Source: Salinivirgaceae bacterium
GTDB taxonomy: Bacteria; Bacteroidota; Bacteroidia; Bacteroidales; SZUA-534
Direction: 5' to 3'
NCBI GenBank assembly: GCA_024405635.1
Contig: JAKSOL010000008.1
Location: 1-64,000, forward strand
Length of the DNA: 64,000 bases
Positions 18,765 to 30,145 of this stretch are shown one piece after another. Every line of letters begins with the position of its first letter. Positions within the stretch are counted from its first letter, which is position 1. Both the position numbers and the translations under genes were made by a program. A model generated the notes under the pieces. The model was not told the origin of the DNA, searched no databases, and was given only the letters and a program-made list of their open reading frames with translations.

Positions 18765-18803
18765 AAAACGAGCAAGTTGCTAGTGTAACTTGCTCGTTTT
18801 TTT
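18765..18803 (+). terminator. Intrinsic terminator of htpG
   Basis: AAAACGAGCAAGTT/AACTTGCTCGTTTT stem with a T-tract. Confidence 0.88.
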
Positions 18804-18929
18804 ATCAGCAACGCAACCAAAACAAAACAAACATCGTCTTTATACCAAACCATTATGTAAACCATAAATACATTTGGCTTTGCACAAAACTTTATACCTT
18901 TGACAACCAACCGACAACTAAACGTCAGA

Positions 18930-20621
18930 ATGAAAAGAGCACTCGTTGCACTAACGATTATATTTTTTTGCATTGGCCTAACCTCAGCACAAAACCTTAG
19001 CGCCACCGCAAAAACAGGCAACGTTACTGCCGAATATAACCGCAATTCCCTTACCGTGCTTTTTCTCGACGGCACACCACACTACTCCAACGATGTTCGT
19101 GTTAATGCCGAGCGCATTGTTATTCCCGACAAATTTGACGACAACTTGCTATCGCAGCGCATACTTAGACTCGGATCTAACTCTAAAATTTCCGATGCAC
19201 TTTACCGCGATAACATTGCAAATAGCATTCTTGCAAAATGGTTTTCGCGCGACGACAAAGGCAACTTTAGCATGGACTTGATTCACAACCGAGGTTTATA
19301 CAACGCCACCGATGAACATATTATTCAAGCTAAAAACTCAAAACTAGGACTCGACCTTGTAAAAGATGCAGGCGAAGCTCTTATTGCTCACTCATATATA
19401 ATGGTTATAAAACTGAAGGACATTAAAACCATGACTCAGGTGTACAACGAAATAGATGCTCAACGACGAGTTTGGCGCGGCGACAAAGCCGTACCTGTTA
19501 TGCGCACCCACGAAGGTTTTCAATGCAACGCCACCTGCTACCTATTCCGCATCGACAGCGTATCCGACGTTATTGACGAACTATACAACGAAATGTGGAT
19601 TTTTGAAGAAGACACACCCGAAGAACGCAACAATAAAATAACCAAATTCAACAACTATAAAGTACCAATAAAACTCGAAACAACCATTACCGTTGACGTT
19701 GATGGATCGGTACCAAAAACAAAAGGATTTAGCCACTCGCTACTAATCACCAACTTGCTCAACAAATCAATAACCGCATCAATAGGCGAATTTGAAACGT
19801 CAATTGACAACTTTAAAGTTAAAAACGCCGTTTACAGCACCTTCCCAATTAGAGCCAAAATTGGCATGAAAGAAGGCCTGTCGGTTGACGACCGTTACTT
19901 CGTTTATGAGCACCAACTTGACCGCAACGGCAACCAAAAAGATGTACGCATTGGCGTTGTTCGCGCCAAACGTGTTGCCGACAACCGAACAATTGCCGAT
20001 GGCAAATCAAGCATGAGTAAGTTTTACCAAGTAGCTGGTCGCCACATCAAAGAGGGAATGATTATGAACCAAGCCAAAGATGCAGGTACCGCAACAGCTT
20101 TAGGATTTACCAAAGGCGACTTCAATAGCGTATTTTTCCGCACCGATGTTCGTGTTTCTGGCTCAATGGTTAAAATACCTATGGTACACACCTTTCTTGA
20201 CCTTCGACTACAAATAAGCGGCAAATACAATGGCAACGTTATTGACCTCGACGATCACCTAGTAACATTTGCCACTGGTTATTTGGGCTTATCAAAAGGC
20301 TTTGCCACAACCCGAAACAGCGTGGCCTCTATTTCGGGCGCAATTGGCTACGAATGGGCAACTAGCGGTGCTTTTGACGACTACAAGATTAAAAGCATAC
20401 AAGCTATTATGGCAATGGTCAGTGCCGAATTTGCACACAACATTACATACAACACCAAGCTATTTGTTGGAGTGGACTACATTGCACCTATAAGCAACGC
20501 ATACATTAAATATGATGGCGATGATGATGGCGATGAAAAAATATCGGAATACGCATACACCGATTTCTTTAACGGGCGTATTGGCAAAACAATTAAATTT
20601 GGTATTCGATTGGAAATGTAA
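18930..20621 (+). CDS. Exported hypothetical protein (FlgT-C/CsgG-associated-like middle domain, beta-strand-rich C-terminus)
   Basis: Signal peptide MKRALVALTIIFFCIGLTSAQ; AKIGMKEGLSVDDRYFVYE motif; TACCTTTG -7 element at 18895 supports the ATG at 18930. Confidence 0.75.
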   Translation: MKRALVALTIIFFCIGLTSAQNLSATAKTGNVTAEYNRNSLTVLFLDGTPHYSNDVRVNAERIVIPDKFDDNLLSQRILRLGSNSKISDALYRDNIANSILAKWFSRDDKGNFSMDLIHNRGLYNATDEHIIQAKNSKLGLDLVKDAGEALIAHSYIMVIKLKDIKTMTQVYNEIDAQRRVWRGDKAVPVMRTHEGFQCNATCYLFRIDSVSDVIDELYNEMWIFEEDTPEERNNKITKFNNYKVPIKLETTITVDVDGSVPKTKGFSHSLLITNLLNKSITASIGEFETSIDNFKVKNAVYSTFPIRAKIGMKEGLSVDDRYFVYEHQLDRNGNQKDVRIGVVRAKRVADNRTIADGKSSMSKFYQVAGRHIKEGMIMNQAKDAGTATALGFTKGDFNSVFFRTDVRVSGSMVKIPMVHTFLDLRLQISGKYNGNVIDLDDHLVTFATGYLGLSKGFATTRNSVASISGAIGYEWATSGAFDDYKIKSIQAIMAMVSAEFAHNITYNTKLFVGVDYIAPISNAYIKYDGDDDGDEKISEYAYTDFFNGRIGKTIKFGIRLEM

Positions 20622-20635
20622 AACAGATAAAAAAC

Positions 20636-21151
20636 ATGAAAAAAATTCTATCACTTATAATGCTTGCGGTAATAGCCGTTTGTGTAAATGCCCAAAGCAA
20701 AAACAAAGTACGCAAAATTGAATACAACAGCGCATACAACTACGAGGTTGTTTCGTTGTCGGTTGGAGTTGATGGCACCAAATTAGTAAAGGTTTACGGC
20801 TACGGACGCAAGCCTGAAGATGCCGTTCGCAACGCAAAAGAATTAGGTGTAGCATGCGCATTGTTCCGTGGGTTCCCTGCCGGTGCCGATGGCTCTGTTG
20901 CAACCACACCCGCCATTGTTAAAGACCCTTCAGAGCCAGCCAAACACCAAGACTATTTCAATAAATTTTTTGCAACCGGAGGTCAATACCTGCAATACGT
21001 TAACGCAAGTTCTGACGGCATGCCAACCGACCGTGTAAAGGTGAACAAAAAAACATACAAAGTGGGCGTAACCCTATCAATTGCCTACGACGAACTGCGT
21101 AAAGAAATGGAACGACAAGGCATTGCACGTGCATTAAACTCAGGTTTTTAA
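20636..21151 (+). CDS. Exported hypothetical protein (LPP20-like)
   Basis: Signal peptide; VKVYGYG..EDAVRNAK...LFRG pattern; tightly spaced within an operon. Confidence 0.75.
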   Translation: MKKILSLIMLAVIAVCVNAQSKNKVRKIEYNSAYNYEVVSLSVGVDGTKLVKVYGYGRKPEDAVRNAKELGVACALFRGFPAGADGSVATTPAIVKDPSEPAKHQDYFNKFFATGGQYLQYVNASSDGMPTDRVKVNKKTYKVGVTLSIAYDELRKEMERQGIARALNSGF

Positions 21152-21168
21152 CTTTAAACTAAAGCATT

Positions 21169-22134
21169 ATGAAAAAGATAATACTACTAACAATGAGTGC
21201 ACTAATGTGTGCCTCAACATTTGGTCAAGCAAAAAAACCTACCATAATGGTTGTTCCTAGCGACCGCTATTGCGTTGAGCGCGGCTGCAGCATAACCTAT
21301 AACGACAACGGTACCGAAACCACACTACCCGACTATAAAAAAACTATGCAAAACGACTCGGACATTCGTCTTGTTATCTCAAAAATGAGCGGAATTATGT
21401 CCGACCGCAATTTCCCACTCAAAGACCTTGAGCAAGAACTGCGCAACGCATCACAAGAATCGGCCGAAACCAAACTTATTTCTGGTGCCGATGGCGGTAG
21501 CATCGCCGAATCGCCAATTGATGTTTTAAAACGCACCGCCAAAGCCGACATTATTCTTGACCTTGACGTAACAGTAAACAAACGCGGCCCCAAAAAATAC
21601 GTAACCTTTATTCTTAACGCTATTGATGCCTACACTGGCAAAAATATTGCAAGTTCAAGCGGTGCCGGCCGACCAAGCAGCAGCGCTGCTCCCGATTTGT
21701 TACTTGAAGAGGCAGTTTTAAGCCACATGGACGAATTTATTGGCCGCTTGCAAAACCACTTTGACGACATGTTTGCCAACGGCCGCGAGGTTAAAGTGAT
21801 GATTAAAATGTTTAACAGCGCCGACATGACCTTTAGCGAAACTTTTCCAACCGAAGACGGAGACATTGAACTTGGCGATATAATTGAAGATTGGATGGCC
21901 GACAACTGCGTAAGTGGACGTTTCAGTTTGAGCGACGCATCAGATAATTTTCAAAAATACGAGCAAGTTCGCATACCAATGATGTACAAACGCAATGGTC
22001 GCGACCGCGCTATGGACACTAAAACATTTGTTACTAACCTTAAAAAGCATCTTGCCGAGGCACCATACCTTATCGACTCAAAAGTTTACGTGCGCGGACT
22101 AGGCGAAGCTTGGCTTATTATTGGCGAAAACTAG
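21169..22134 (+). CDS. DUF6175 family exported protein
   Basis: Signal peptide followed by QAKKPTIMVVPSD, AKADIILDL, DAYTGKNIA and the C-terminal GLGEAWLIIGE. Confidence 0.75.
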   Translation: MKKIILLTMSALMCASTFGQAKKPTIMVVPSDRYCVERGCSITYNDNGTETTLPDYKKTMQNDSDIRLVISKMSGIMSDRNFPLKDLEQELRNASQESAETKLISGADGGSIAESPIDVLKRTAKADIILDLDVTVNKRGPKKYVTFILNAIDAYTGKNIASSSGAGRPSSSAAPDLLLEEAVLSHMDEFIGRLQNHFDDMFANGREVKVMIKMFNSADMTFSETFPTEDGDIELGDIIEDWMADNCVSGRFSLSDASDNFQKYEQVRIPMMYKRNGRDRAMDTKTFVTNLKKHLAEAPYLIDSKVYVRGLGEAWLIIGEN

Positions 22135-22146
22135 CACCCTCACCCA

Positions 22147-22767
22147 ATGAAATTGATATTCGGAATAGTTTTATGCATATTGGCAACGTTAAGCGCATCG
22201 GCACAACCCGATGCCAACGATTGCCAAGTTGCAATAACCCCAACCGTGGTTAGCAAGTATATTCCCAGTTCAGCTTCAAAGGCTTTAATTGCCAAAACAA
22301 AAGAACTTTGCTCCCAAAACAATGTGAATGGCGACATTGACAACCCACTTTTTGCACTTAAGGTTAATGTAGATGTTATTGACAAAACCATTACAGCCAC
22401 AGCACCGCCTATGCATAGCCTTATTTTGGGCATAACATTTACCATTGTTGACATATTAAACAATAGCATATATAGCGTAACATCGACACAAGTTAAAGGC
22501 GCTGGCCAAAACGAAACAAAAGCATACGCAATGGCCATTGAATCAATAAACTTAAATAAGCCTAACTTTAAGCAGTTTATAACTCAAGGTCGCACAAAAG
22601 TTGAAGAATTTTATACCAACCAATGCGAGCAAGTTATGCAAACTGCACGCGACTTACATAGCCAAGGACAAACAGAAGAAGCAATAAAGACACTGCAAGC
22701 TGTTCCAACTTCGTGCCCCGACTGCCGCAAAAATTGCATGCAACTGGTCGACGAGTTCAGCAAATAG
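22147..22767 (+). CDS. Exported hypothetical protein
   Basis: Signal peptide; KGAGQNETKAY...FITQGRTKVEEFY..QC; last gene of the cluster. Confidence 0.75.
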   Translation: MKLIFGIVLCILATLSASAQPDANDCQVAITPTVVSKYIPSSASKALIAKTKELCSQNNVNGDIDNPLFALKVNVDVIDKTITATAPPMHSLILGITFTIVDILNNSIYSVTSTQVKGAGQNETKAYAMAIESINLNKPNFKQFITQGRTKVEEFYTNQCEQVMQTARDLHSQGQTEEAIKTLQAVPTSCPDCRKNCMQLVDEFSK

Positions 22768-22774
22768 GTTGCCG

Positions 22775-23824
22775 CTATTTATCTTTGTTAACAACTATCT
22801 GCAAATAGGCATTTAGCACCTCGTTTTGTATTTGGCAAATACGCACTTGCAATTCTGTCAAGTTGCAAACATTTACCACCAATGGGAAATTATAGAAACG
22901 CTGATACTCCCAAGTTTTGTTATAAAATCGCTTGTTAATAGATATTGGGTCGGTACTTAACTGGCCGGCAACAAAATCGCGAAGCCATTCATCATCAATA
23001 GTAATTGCCGAAAGCATATTTTGTCGGCACGAATCAATTTGAGCTTTCAAATCGGCAGCATTGTGACGTTTACGCCCAAGCATAAAACGTTTCATTCGGT
23101 TTATTTCAACATTTGATTGTATAGGAACTAAGTTAAACTGCGACCGCCCCTCTTGTTCCACTGCTACGCCATTAAGGTGAGCAACAATGCGTTTTTTTAG
23201 CGTATCGATGTAGGCAATTGCACAATCGGCCTCGTTGCTTACATACAAAGCCTCGTCAACAATAGCTAAAGTAGCTGAGTCTGTTACACAACAATTTATT
23301 AGTCTATTACGCAAAACTGCCGATCGCTGCTGCAGCATTTCCAATGTTTGCATATTGTCATGCTGACTAATTGTAAACGAACGCAATACTGGTTTATGAA
23401 TAGTACTAGTAATTAATCCACTAATTAAAAAAGTTGCAAAAATGAGAATTGGAAACCATGCATCGATATGAGTGTTGTAAAATCGACGATGCAAAACAAG
23501 CATCAGCAAAAAAGCGAGCACCAAAATGCCTCCGCCAACATAAAGCAGAACCATTGCCCCTCCCCAATTCACCATATAGAAGAAAACTCCCATTAGGAAC
23601 AGGAACATGCCCAAAATGCTTGAAACGAATATGACCCCTATGCGGTTTTCTTGAAATTTTTTTGACAATACCAAAAACAACGGCAACAGATATAACAATG
23701 TAAATGCAAAGAACCCAACAAGATACAATACTTTGCCCGCCATAAGGTCTGCGTTCATGAAAAACGTTCCCAACAAGAGTAAAAACGACGACAAGTATCC
23801 AAAAATAAGAACTCCTAGTTTCAT
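22775..23824 (-). CDS. Membrane protein with GldL-like TM hairpins fused to a GldM/PorM N-terminal-like domain
   Basis: About 5 TM helices (FFYMVNWGGAMVLLYVG) followed by YIDTLKKRIV, AADLKAQID, LSTDP and TWEYQRFYNFPLV..LTELQ..I..IQNEVL. Confidence 0.65.
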   Translation of the reverse strand: MKLGVLIFGYLSSFLLLLGTFFMNADLMAGKVLYLVGFFAFTLLYLLPLFLVLSKKFQENRIGVIFVSSILGMFLFLMGVFFYMVNWGGAMVLLYVGGGILVLAFLLMLVLHRRFYNTHIDAWFPILIFATFLISGLITSTIHKPVLRSFTISQHDNMQTLEMLQQRSAVLRNRLINCCVTDSATLAIVDEALYVSNEADCAIAYIDTLKKRIVAHLNGVAVEQEGRSQFNLVPIQSNVEINRMKRFMLGRKRHNAADLKAQIDSCRQNMLSAITIDDEWLRDFVAGQLSTDPISINKRFYNKTWEYQRFYNFPLVVNVCNLTELQVRICQIQNEVLNAYLQIVVNKDK

Positions 23825-23877
23825 GATAATTCATTTAGATGCGCGAAAGTAAGTCAATTACACCTTTGAAATAAAAT

Positions 23878-23909
23878 TTTGTTTGAGTAAAACATAAAAT
23901 CTATATTTG
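23878..23909 (+). promoter_or_regulatory. Canonical Bacteroidetes promoter
   Basis: TTTG, N20, TATATTTG upstream of the GAF gene. Confidence 0.65.
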
Positions 23910-23951
23910 GTAACTTTATTGTAAAAAAACGATTTAACACATAGTTAGCTT

Positions 23952-25184
23952 ATGAACCCAATTCTCATTTTCGGATTGATAGTTGTTTTTGGTCTTATTC
24001 CATGGGGAATACTTTGCGTTTGGGCACTATTCCGCCGCACTATTGTATTTCGAATCACAATTATAATGTTCTTAACCGCAATGATTTGCGCGTTTGTTGG
24101 TTTTTGTATATGCCAACTTGGTTTCAAATCGTTGATTTGGATAGTACCAGTTTGCACCATTGCAATTATTTCAACCAATTACTTTTACGTAATGTGGGTT
24201 CTTGAACCAGTAAACGAAATAAAACGCCGCATTGAGCAATTGGCATACGCAAAAAAAATTGAGAGCACCGCAAAATTCAAAGCCTTATTCCGTAACGAAT
24301 TTGTTGACGTAATAGAAGCAATAAAACTACTTGAAGCCAGTAACGAGCAAACAACCGAATTTGCCAATGCCATAGCAAAAGGCGATTTTGGCAAAGACTT
24401 TAAACTATTGAGCGATGACGACAACATGGGCAAATCGTTGCTTAATATGCGCGATAGCTTACGCGAGTCAAAAAATCAAGAAGAACAACGCGCCGAAGAA
24501 CAAAAACGCATAGCTTGGGCCACTAGCGGCATTGCAACATTTGGTGAACTAATGCGCCAACAAAACTCCGATATTAACGAGCTAAGCCGCACATTTGTTA
24601 GCAAACTAACCGATTACATTCACGTAGTGCAAGGTGGCGTGTTTATGCTAAACGACGACGACCGCGAACATATTAAATATGTATTAACTGGAGCCGTTGC
24701 CTTTAGTCGCCAAAAACAAATGGAAAAAGAATTTGAACTAGGCATTGGTTTAATTGGCCAATGTGCATACGAACAAAAAACCATTTACATGAGCGAGGTT
24801 CCTGAAAATTACATTGAAATAACCTCAGGACTTGGAGAAGCGAACCCTCGATACATACTTATCGTTCCCGCCATTTTAAACGGCACCGTATATGCGGTTA
24901 TAGAATTGGCTTCGTTTAAACCAATCGCTAAACACAAAATTGAATTTGTTGAAAAACTTGGCGAAACTTTAGCTTCATCGCTATCGATGGTGAAAGTGAA
25001 CGAAAACACACAACGACTACTTAAAGAATCAAAAGCAAACGAAGAACAACTTGCTGAACAGCAAGAAGTTTTAAAACAAAACATGGAAGAATTGCAAGCC
25101 ACTCAAGAAGAAATGGCACGAAAAGAAGACCGCCTACGCGAAATTGCCACTAAACACGGCATCAATCTTGAAATTGACTTTTAA
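23952..25184 (+). CDS. Membrane-anchored HAMP-GAF domain protein with C-terminal coiled coil
   Basis: 3 TM segments, FANAIAKGDF HAMP-like region, GAF (GIGLIGQCAYE, ITSGLGEA, VIELASF) and QNMEELQATQEEM tail. Confidence 0.85.
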   Translation: MNPILIFGLIVVFGLIPWGILCVWALFRRTIVFRITIIMFLTAMICAFVGFCICQLGFKSLIWIVPVCTIAIISTNYFYVMWVLEPVNEIKRRIEQLAYAKKIESTAKFKALFRNEFVDVIEAIKLLEASNEQTTEFANAIAKGDFGKDFKLLSDDDNMGKSLLNMRDSLRESKNQEEQRAEEQKRIAWATSGIATFGELMRQQNSDINELSRTFVSKLTDYIHVVQGGVFMLNDDDREHIKYVLTGAVAFSRQKQMEKEFELGIGLIGQCAYEQKTIYMSEVPENYIEITSGLGEANPRYILIVPAILNGTVYAVIELASFKPIAKHKIEFVEKLGETLASSLSMVKVNENTQRLLKESKANEEQLAEQQEVLKQNMEELQATQEEMARKEDRLREIATKHGINLEIDF

Positions 25185-25207
25185 GCAACTTCTCTTCCTA
25201 ATACAAG

Positions 25208-25244
25208 AAACACTCGTTTCCAACATGGAGACGGGTGTTTTTTT
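25208..25244 (+). terminator. Intrinsic terminator
   Basis: AAACACTCGTTTCCA/TGGAGACGGGTGTTT stem with a T-tract. Confidence 0.8.
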
Positions 25245-25362
25245 ATAGATAAACTTAATTAAATCATAGACCAACCCTACATATCACACCTTGTCGCTAC
25301 CGCATTTTTTAATACTTTGCACCAATTTGAGAATTCAATAAAACCAATAAATAAGTCATTAA

Positions 25363-27333
<1,971 letters not shown>

Positions 27334-27348
27334 TTAATTTAACCCATC

Positions 27349-30048
27349 ATGAACTTTAAATCACTTTGTCTTTCGGCTGCAATGCTAACTTTGGGCGGTA
27401 GTGCAATGGCACAAAACCCAATCATTAGAGATCAATTCTCGGCAGACCCTACAGCCCGACTATTCAATGGGAAAATCTACTTATTCCCATCGCACGACAT
27501 CGACCCTAACACGGCCGAAGACTATCCTCGTAAGGATTGGTTCTGCATGAACGATTACCACGTTTTTTCATCAGACAACCTAACCGATTGGACCGACCAC
27601 GGCAAAATTATTGACCAAAAAGATGTTCCTTGGGGCAATCCAACCGCATATAGCATGTGGGCACCAGACTGCGTTCAAGGCAAAGACGGCAAATACTATT
27701 TCTATTTTCCCGATGCAACAAAAGAAGGCCGCGGATTTGGCATTGGTGTTGCTGTAGCCGAAAAACCTGAAGGACCTTACACCGTTCTTGAAAAAAATAT
27801 TGAGGGCATAAATGGCATTGACCCTTGCGTGCTACAAGCAAGCGATGGCAACAACTACATTTTTTGGGGAGCTGGAAACTGCGCAAAACTTAAAGACAAC
27901 ATGATAGAGTTGGCCGAAGACAATCCAACCGACACTATCAAATTCGGTCCTCGCCAATTTATAATGAAGGGCGTAAATTGTTTGAAAGGATTACCATCGC
28001 GCCAAGCCGAAGGTCCTTTTGCTTTTGAACATAACGGCAACTACTACCTAACCTACCCATACGTTCGCGAAAACACTGAGGTTCTTGCTTACGCTATGAG
28101 TAAGAATCCTATGGGACCTTACGAATACAAAGGTCTTATTATGGAAGAATGGCCCGATTGCTGGACAAACCACCATTCTATCATCAACTACAAAGGTCAA
28201 TGGTACTTGTTCTACCATCATAACCTTTACTCGCCTAAGTTTGACAAAAACCGTTCAGTTTGTGCCGATAGTTTAACATTCAACGAAGACGGAACTATCA
28301 AACAAGTTATTCCAACACTTCGTGGTATTGGTGTTACTGATGCACGCACTACTATTCAAATTGACCGTTTTAGCACAAACAATGGTGCCGAAATGACCTA
28401 CTTGGACACAACCAACTATTTTGATGGTTGGCAAATAACCTATAAGGGCAACGCTTCGTCAACATACAATGCTGTTGACTTTGGACAAAAAGAGGTTACA
28501 ACTATAAGCATACGAGCAAAAGCTCCAAAAGGTGCAAAAATTGCAATATCGGACCTTACCTCAAAAATGCCAAGATGGGGCAACCGTCCTATGCCTGCTG
28601 AATTTGCTGACAGTTGGGGAATTATTGCACAAGTTGATATTCCTGCATCAAACGACTTTACAATTGTTACCGTACCTATTAATAAATCGCCAAAAGGTGT
28701 AATTGACATTAAAGTTCAAACAAAAGACGAACGAGAGGTTTCAGTTGACTGGATTGGTTTTGACCTAAAACCAGAACTACACTCTGCAATCCTACAAAAA
28801 ACACAATTGCAACCATGGCAAAAAGGTGGTTTTGAAACTCACCAATACCGTAACTTATTTGCCGAAATGGGTTATAGTCAAAAAGACATTGACAAAAAGC
28901 TTCAAGATTTATACGATGCACTTTTTATAGGACCTGACCGCATCTATTTTGAGGTTGGCGACTCAATGGCTTACATTAGCGACGTAAAAAACCACGATGC
29001 TAGAACCGAAGGCATGTCATACGGACTAATGATTGCCGTTCAGCTTGACAAAAAAGACGTATTTGACCGTCTATGGCGTTGGTCAAAAAAATACATGCAA
29101 ATGCAAGAAGGTCCAATGCGCGGGTACTTCCGTTGGAGCGTTAATCCAGATGGCACTTCACGCGCATTTGGTGCAGCTTCTGACGGCGAGTTATACTTCA
29201 TCACCTCGCTCATCTTTGCATCAAACCGTTGGGGCAACGACACTGGAATTGACTATCTTGCCGAAGCTCAACACATTCTAAATTGCGCCACAACTAATCC
29301 CGACGATACAAAGAAGGGAAAGAAAGCAAAGAAAAACGATAAAGTTCCAGCCTTTGGAGCTCCTAAATGGGGACCATTATTTGACCCTGCAACAAAAATC
29401 ATAACCTTTGTTCCTGGCGCAAACTACACCGACCCATCATACAACATTCCTGCATTTCTTGAGGTTTGGGCCAAATACGCCCAAGATGGCCGCAGCGAAT
29501 ACTGGACCGAATGCGCAAAAGCAAGCCGCGAATACCTACACAAGGCCATTCATCCTGTTACAGGATTGAATCCTGACTACAGCGACTTCGACGGTTCTCT
29601 ACTTAACAATGGACACATGATGGGCGATGTTTTCCGCTATGACTCATGGCGAGTTCCAATGAATATTGCGTTAGACTACTCATGGTCGTGCGCCGACATG
29701 GCTTGGCAGCAAGCTTATGGCCATAAGTTGCAAAATTTCCTATACCAAGAAGGTATTGACTCGTTTGTTGACCAATACAATGTTGACGGAACAACTCCAA
29801 CCGACATTATGCCTGCAGGCGGATACAAAGAACTTCGCCACACACCAGGATTTGTTGCAACAAGTGCAGCCCTTTCGCTAGTTTGCTCACACAGCAAGAG
29901 CCGTGAGTTTGTTGACCGTTTTTGGAATAGCAAACACGAACCTTTCCCAAGTGGATATTTTGATGCTTATTACGAAGGCATTCTTCGACTATTTGCATTT
30001 ATGCACTTAAGTGGCAACTACCGCGTAATTGAGCCAGCCCAGAAATAG
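27349..30048 (+). CDS. Multimodular glycoside hydrolase GH43-CBM6-GH8 (xylosidase/arabinofuranosidase plus Rex-like oligoxylanase)
   Basis: GH43 ADP, WAPD, IDP and EGP motifs; GH8 DARTEGMSYG, ASDGELYF and YDSWRVPMN motifs; signal peptide. Confidence 0.88.
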   Translation: MNFKSLCLSAAMLTLGGSAMAQNPIIRDQFSADPTARLFNGKIYLFPSHDIDPNTAEDYPRKDWFCMNDYHVFSSDNLTDWTDHGKIIDQKDVPWGNPTAYSMWAPDCVQGKDGKYYFYFPDATKEGRGFGIGVAVAEKPEGPYTVLEKNIEGINGIDPCVLQASDGNNYIFWGAGNCAKLKDNMIELAEDNPTDTIKFGPRQFIMKGVNCLKGLPSRQAEGPFAFEHNGNYYLTYPYVRENTEVLAYAMSKNPMGPYEYKGLIMEEWPDCWTNHHSIINYKGQWYLFYHHNLYSPKFDKNRSVCADSLTFNEDGTIKQVIPTLRGIGVTDARTTIQIDRFSTNNGAEMTYLDTTNYFDGWQITYKGNASSTYNAVDFGQKEVTTISIRAKAPKGAKIAISDLTSKMPRWGNRPMPAEFADSWGIIAQVDIPASNDFTIVTVPINKSPKGVIDIKVQTKDEREVSVDWIGFDLKPELHSAILQKTQLQPWQKGGFETHQYRNLFAEMGYSQKDIDKKLQDLYDALFIGPDRIYFEVGDSMAYISDVKNHDARTEGMSYGLMIAVQLDKKDVFDRLWRWSKKYMQMQEGPMRGYFRWSVNPDGTSRAFGAASDGELYFITSLIFASNRWGNDTGIDYLAEAQHILNCATTNPDDTKKGKKAKKNDKVPAFGAPKWGPLFDPATKIITFVPGANYTDPSYNIPAFLEVWAKYAQDGRSEYWTECAKASREYLHKAIHPVTGLNPDYSDFDGSLLNNGHMMGDVFRYDSWRVPMNIALDYSWSCADMAWQQAYGHKLQNFLYQEGIDSFVDQYNVDGTTPTDIMPAGGYKELRHTPGFVATSAALSLVCSHSKSREFVDRFWNSKHEPFPSGYFDAYYEGILRLFAFMHLSGNYRVIEPAQK

Positions 30049-30066
30049 CAACTACCAAAACACTTC

Positions 30067-30106
30067 AAAATCGCCGTTCTGATATTCAGGTCGGCGATTT
30101 TCTTTT
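30067..30106 (+). terminator. Intrinsic terminator
   Basis: AAAATCGCCG/CGGCGATTTT stem followed by CTTTT. Confidence 0.75.
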
Positions 30107-30145
30107 ATATTAGTCAGCAAAAACATTCTTACTAAAACAATTTAT

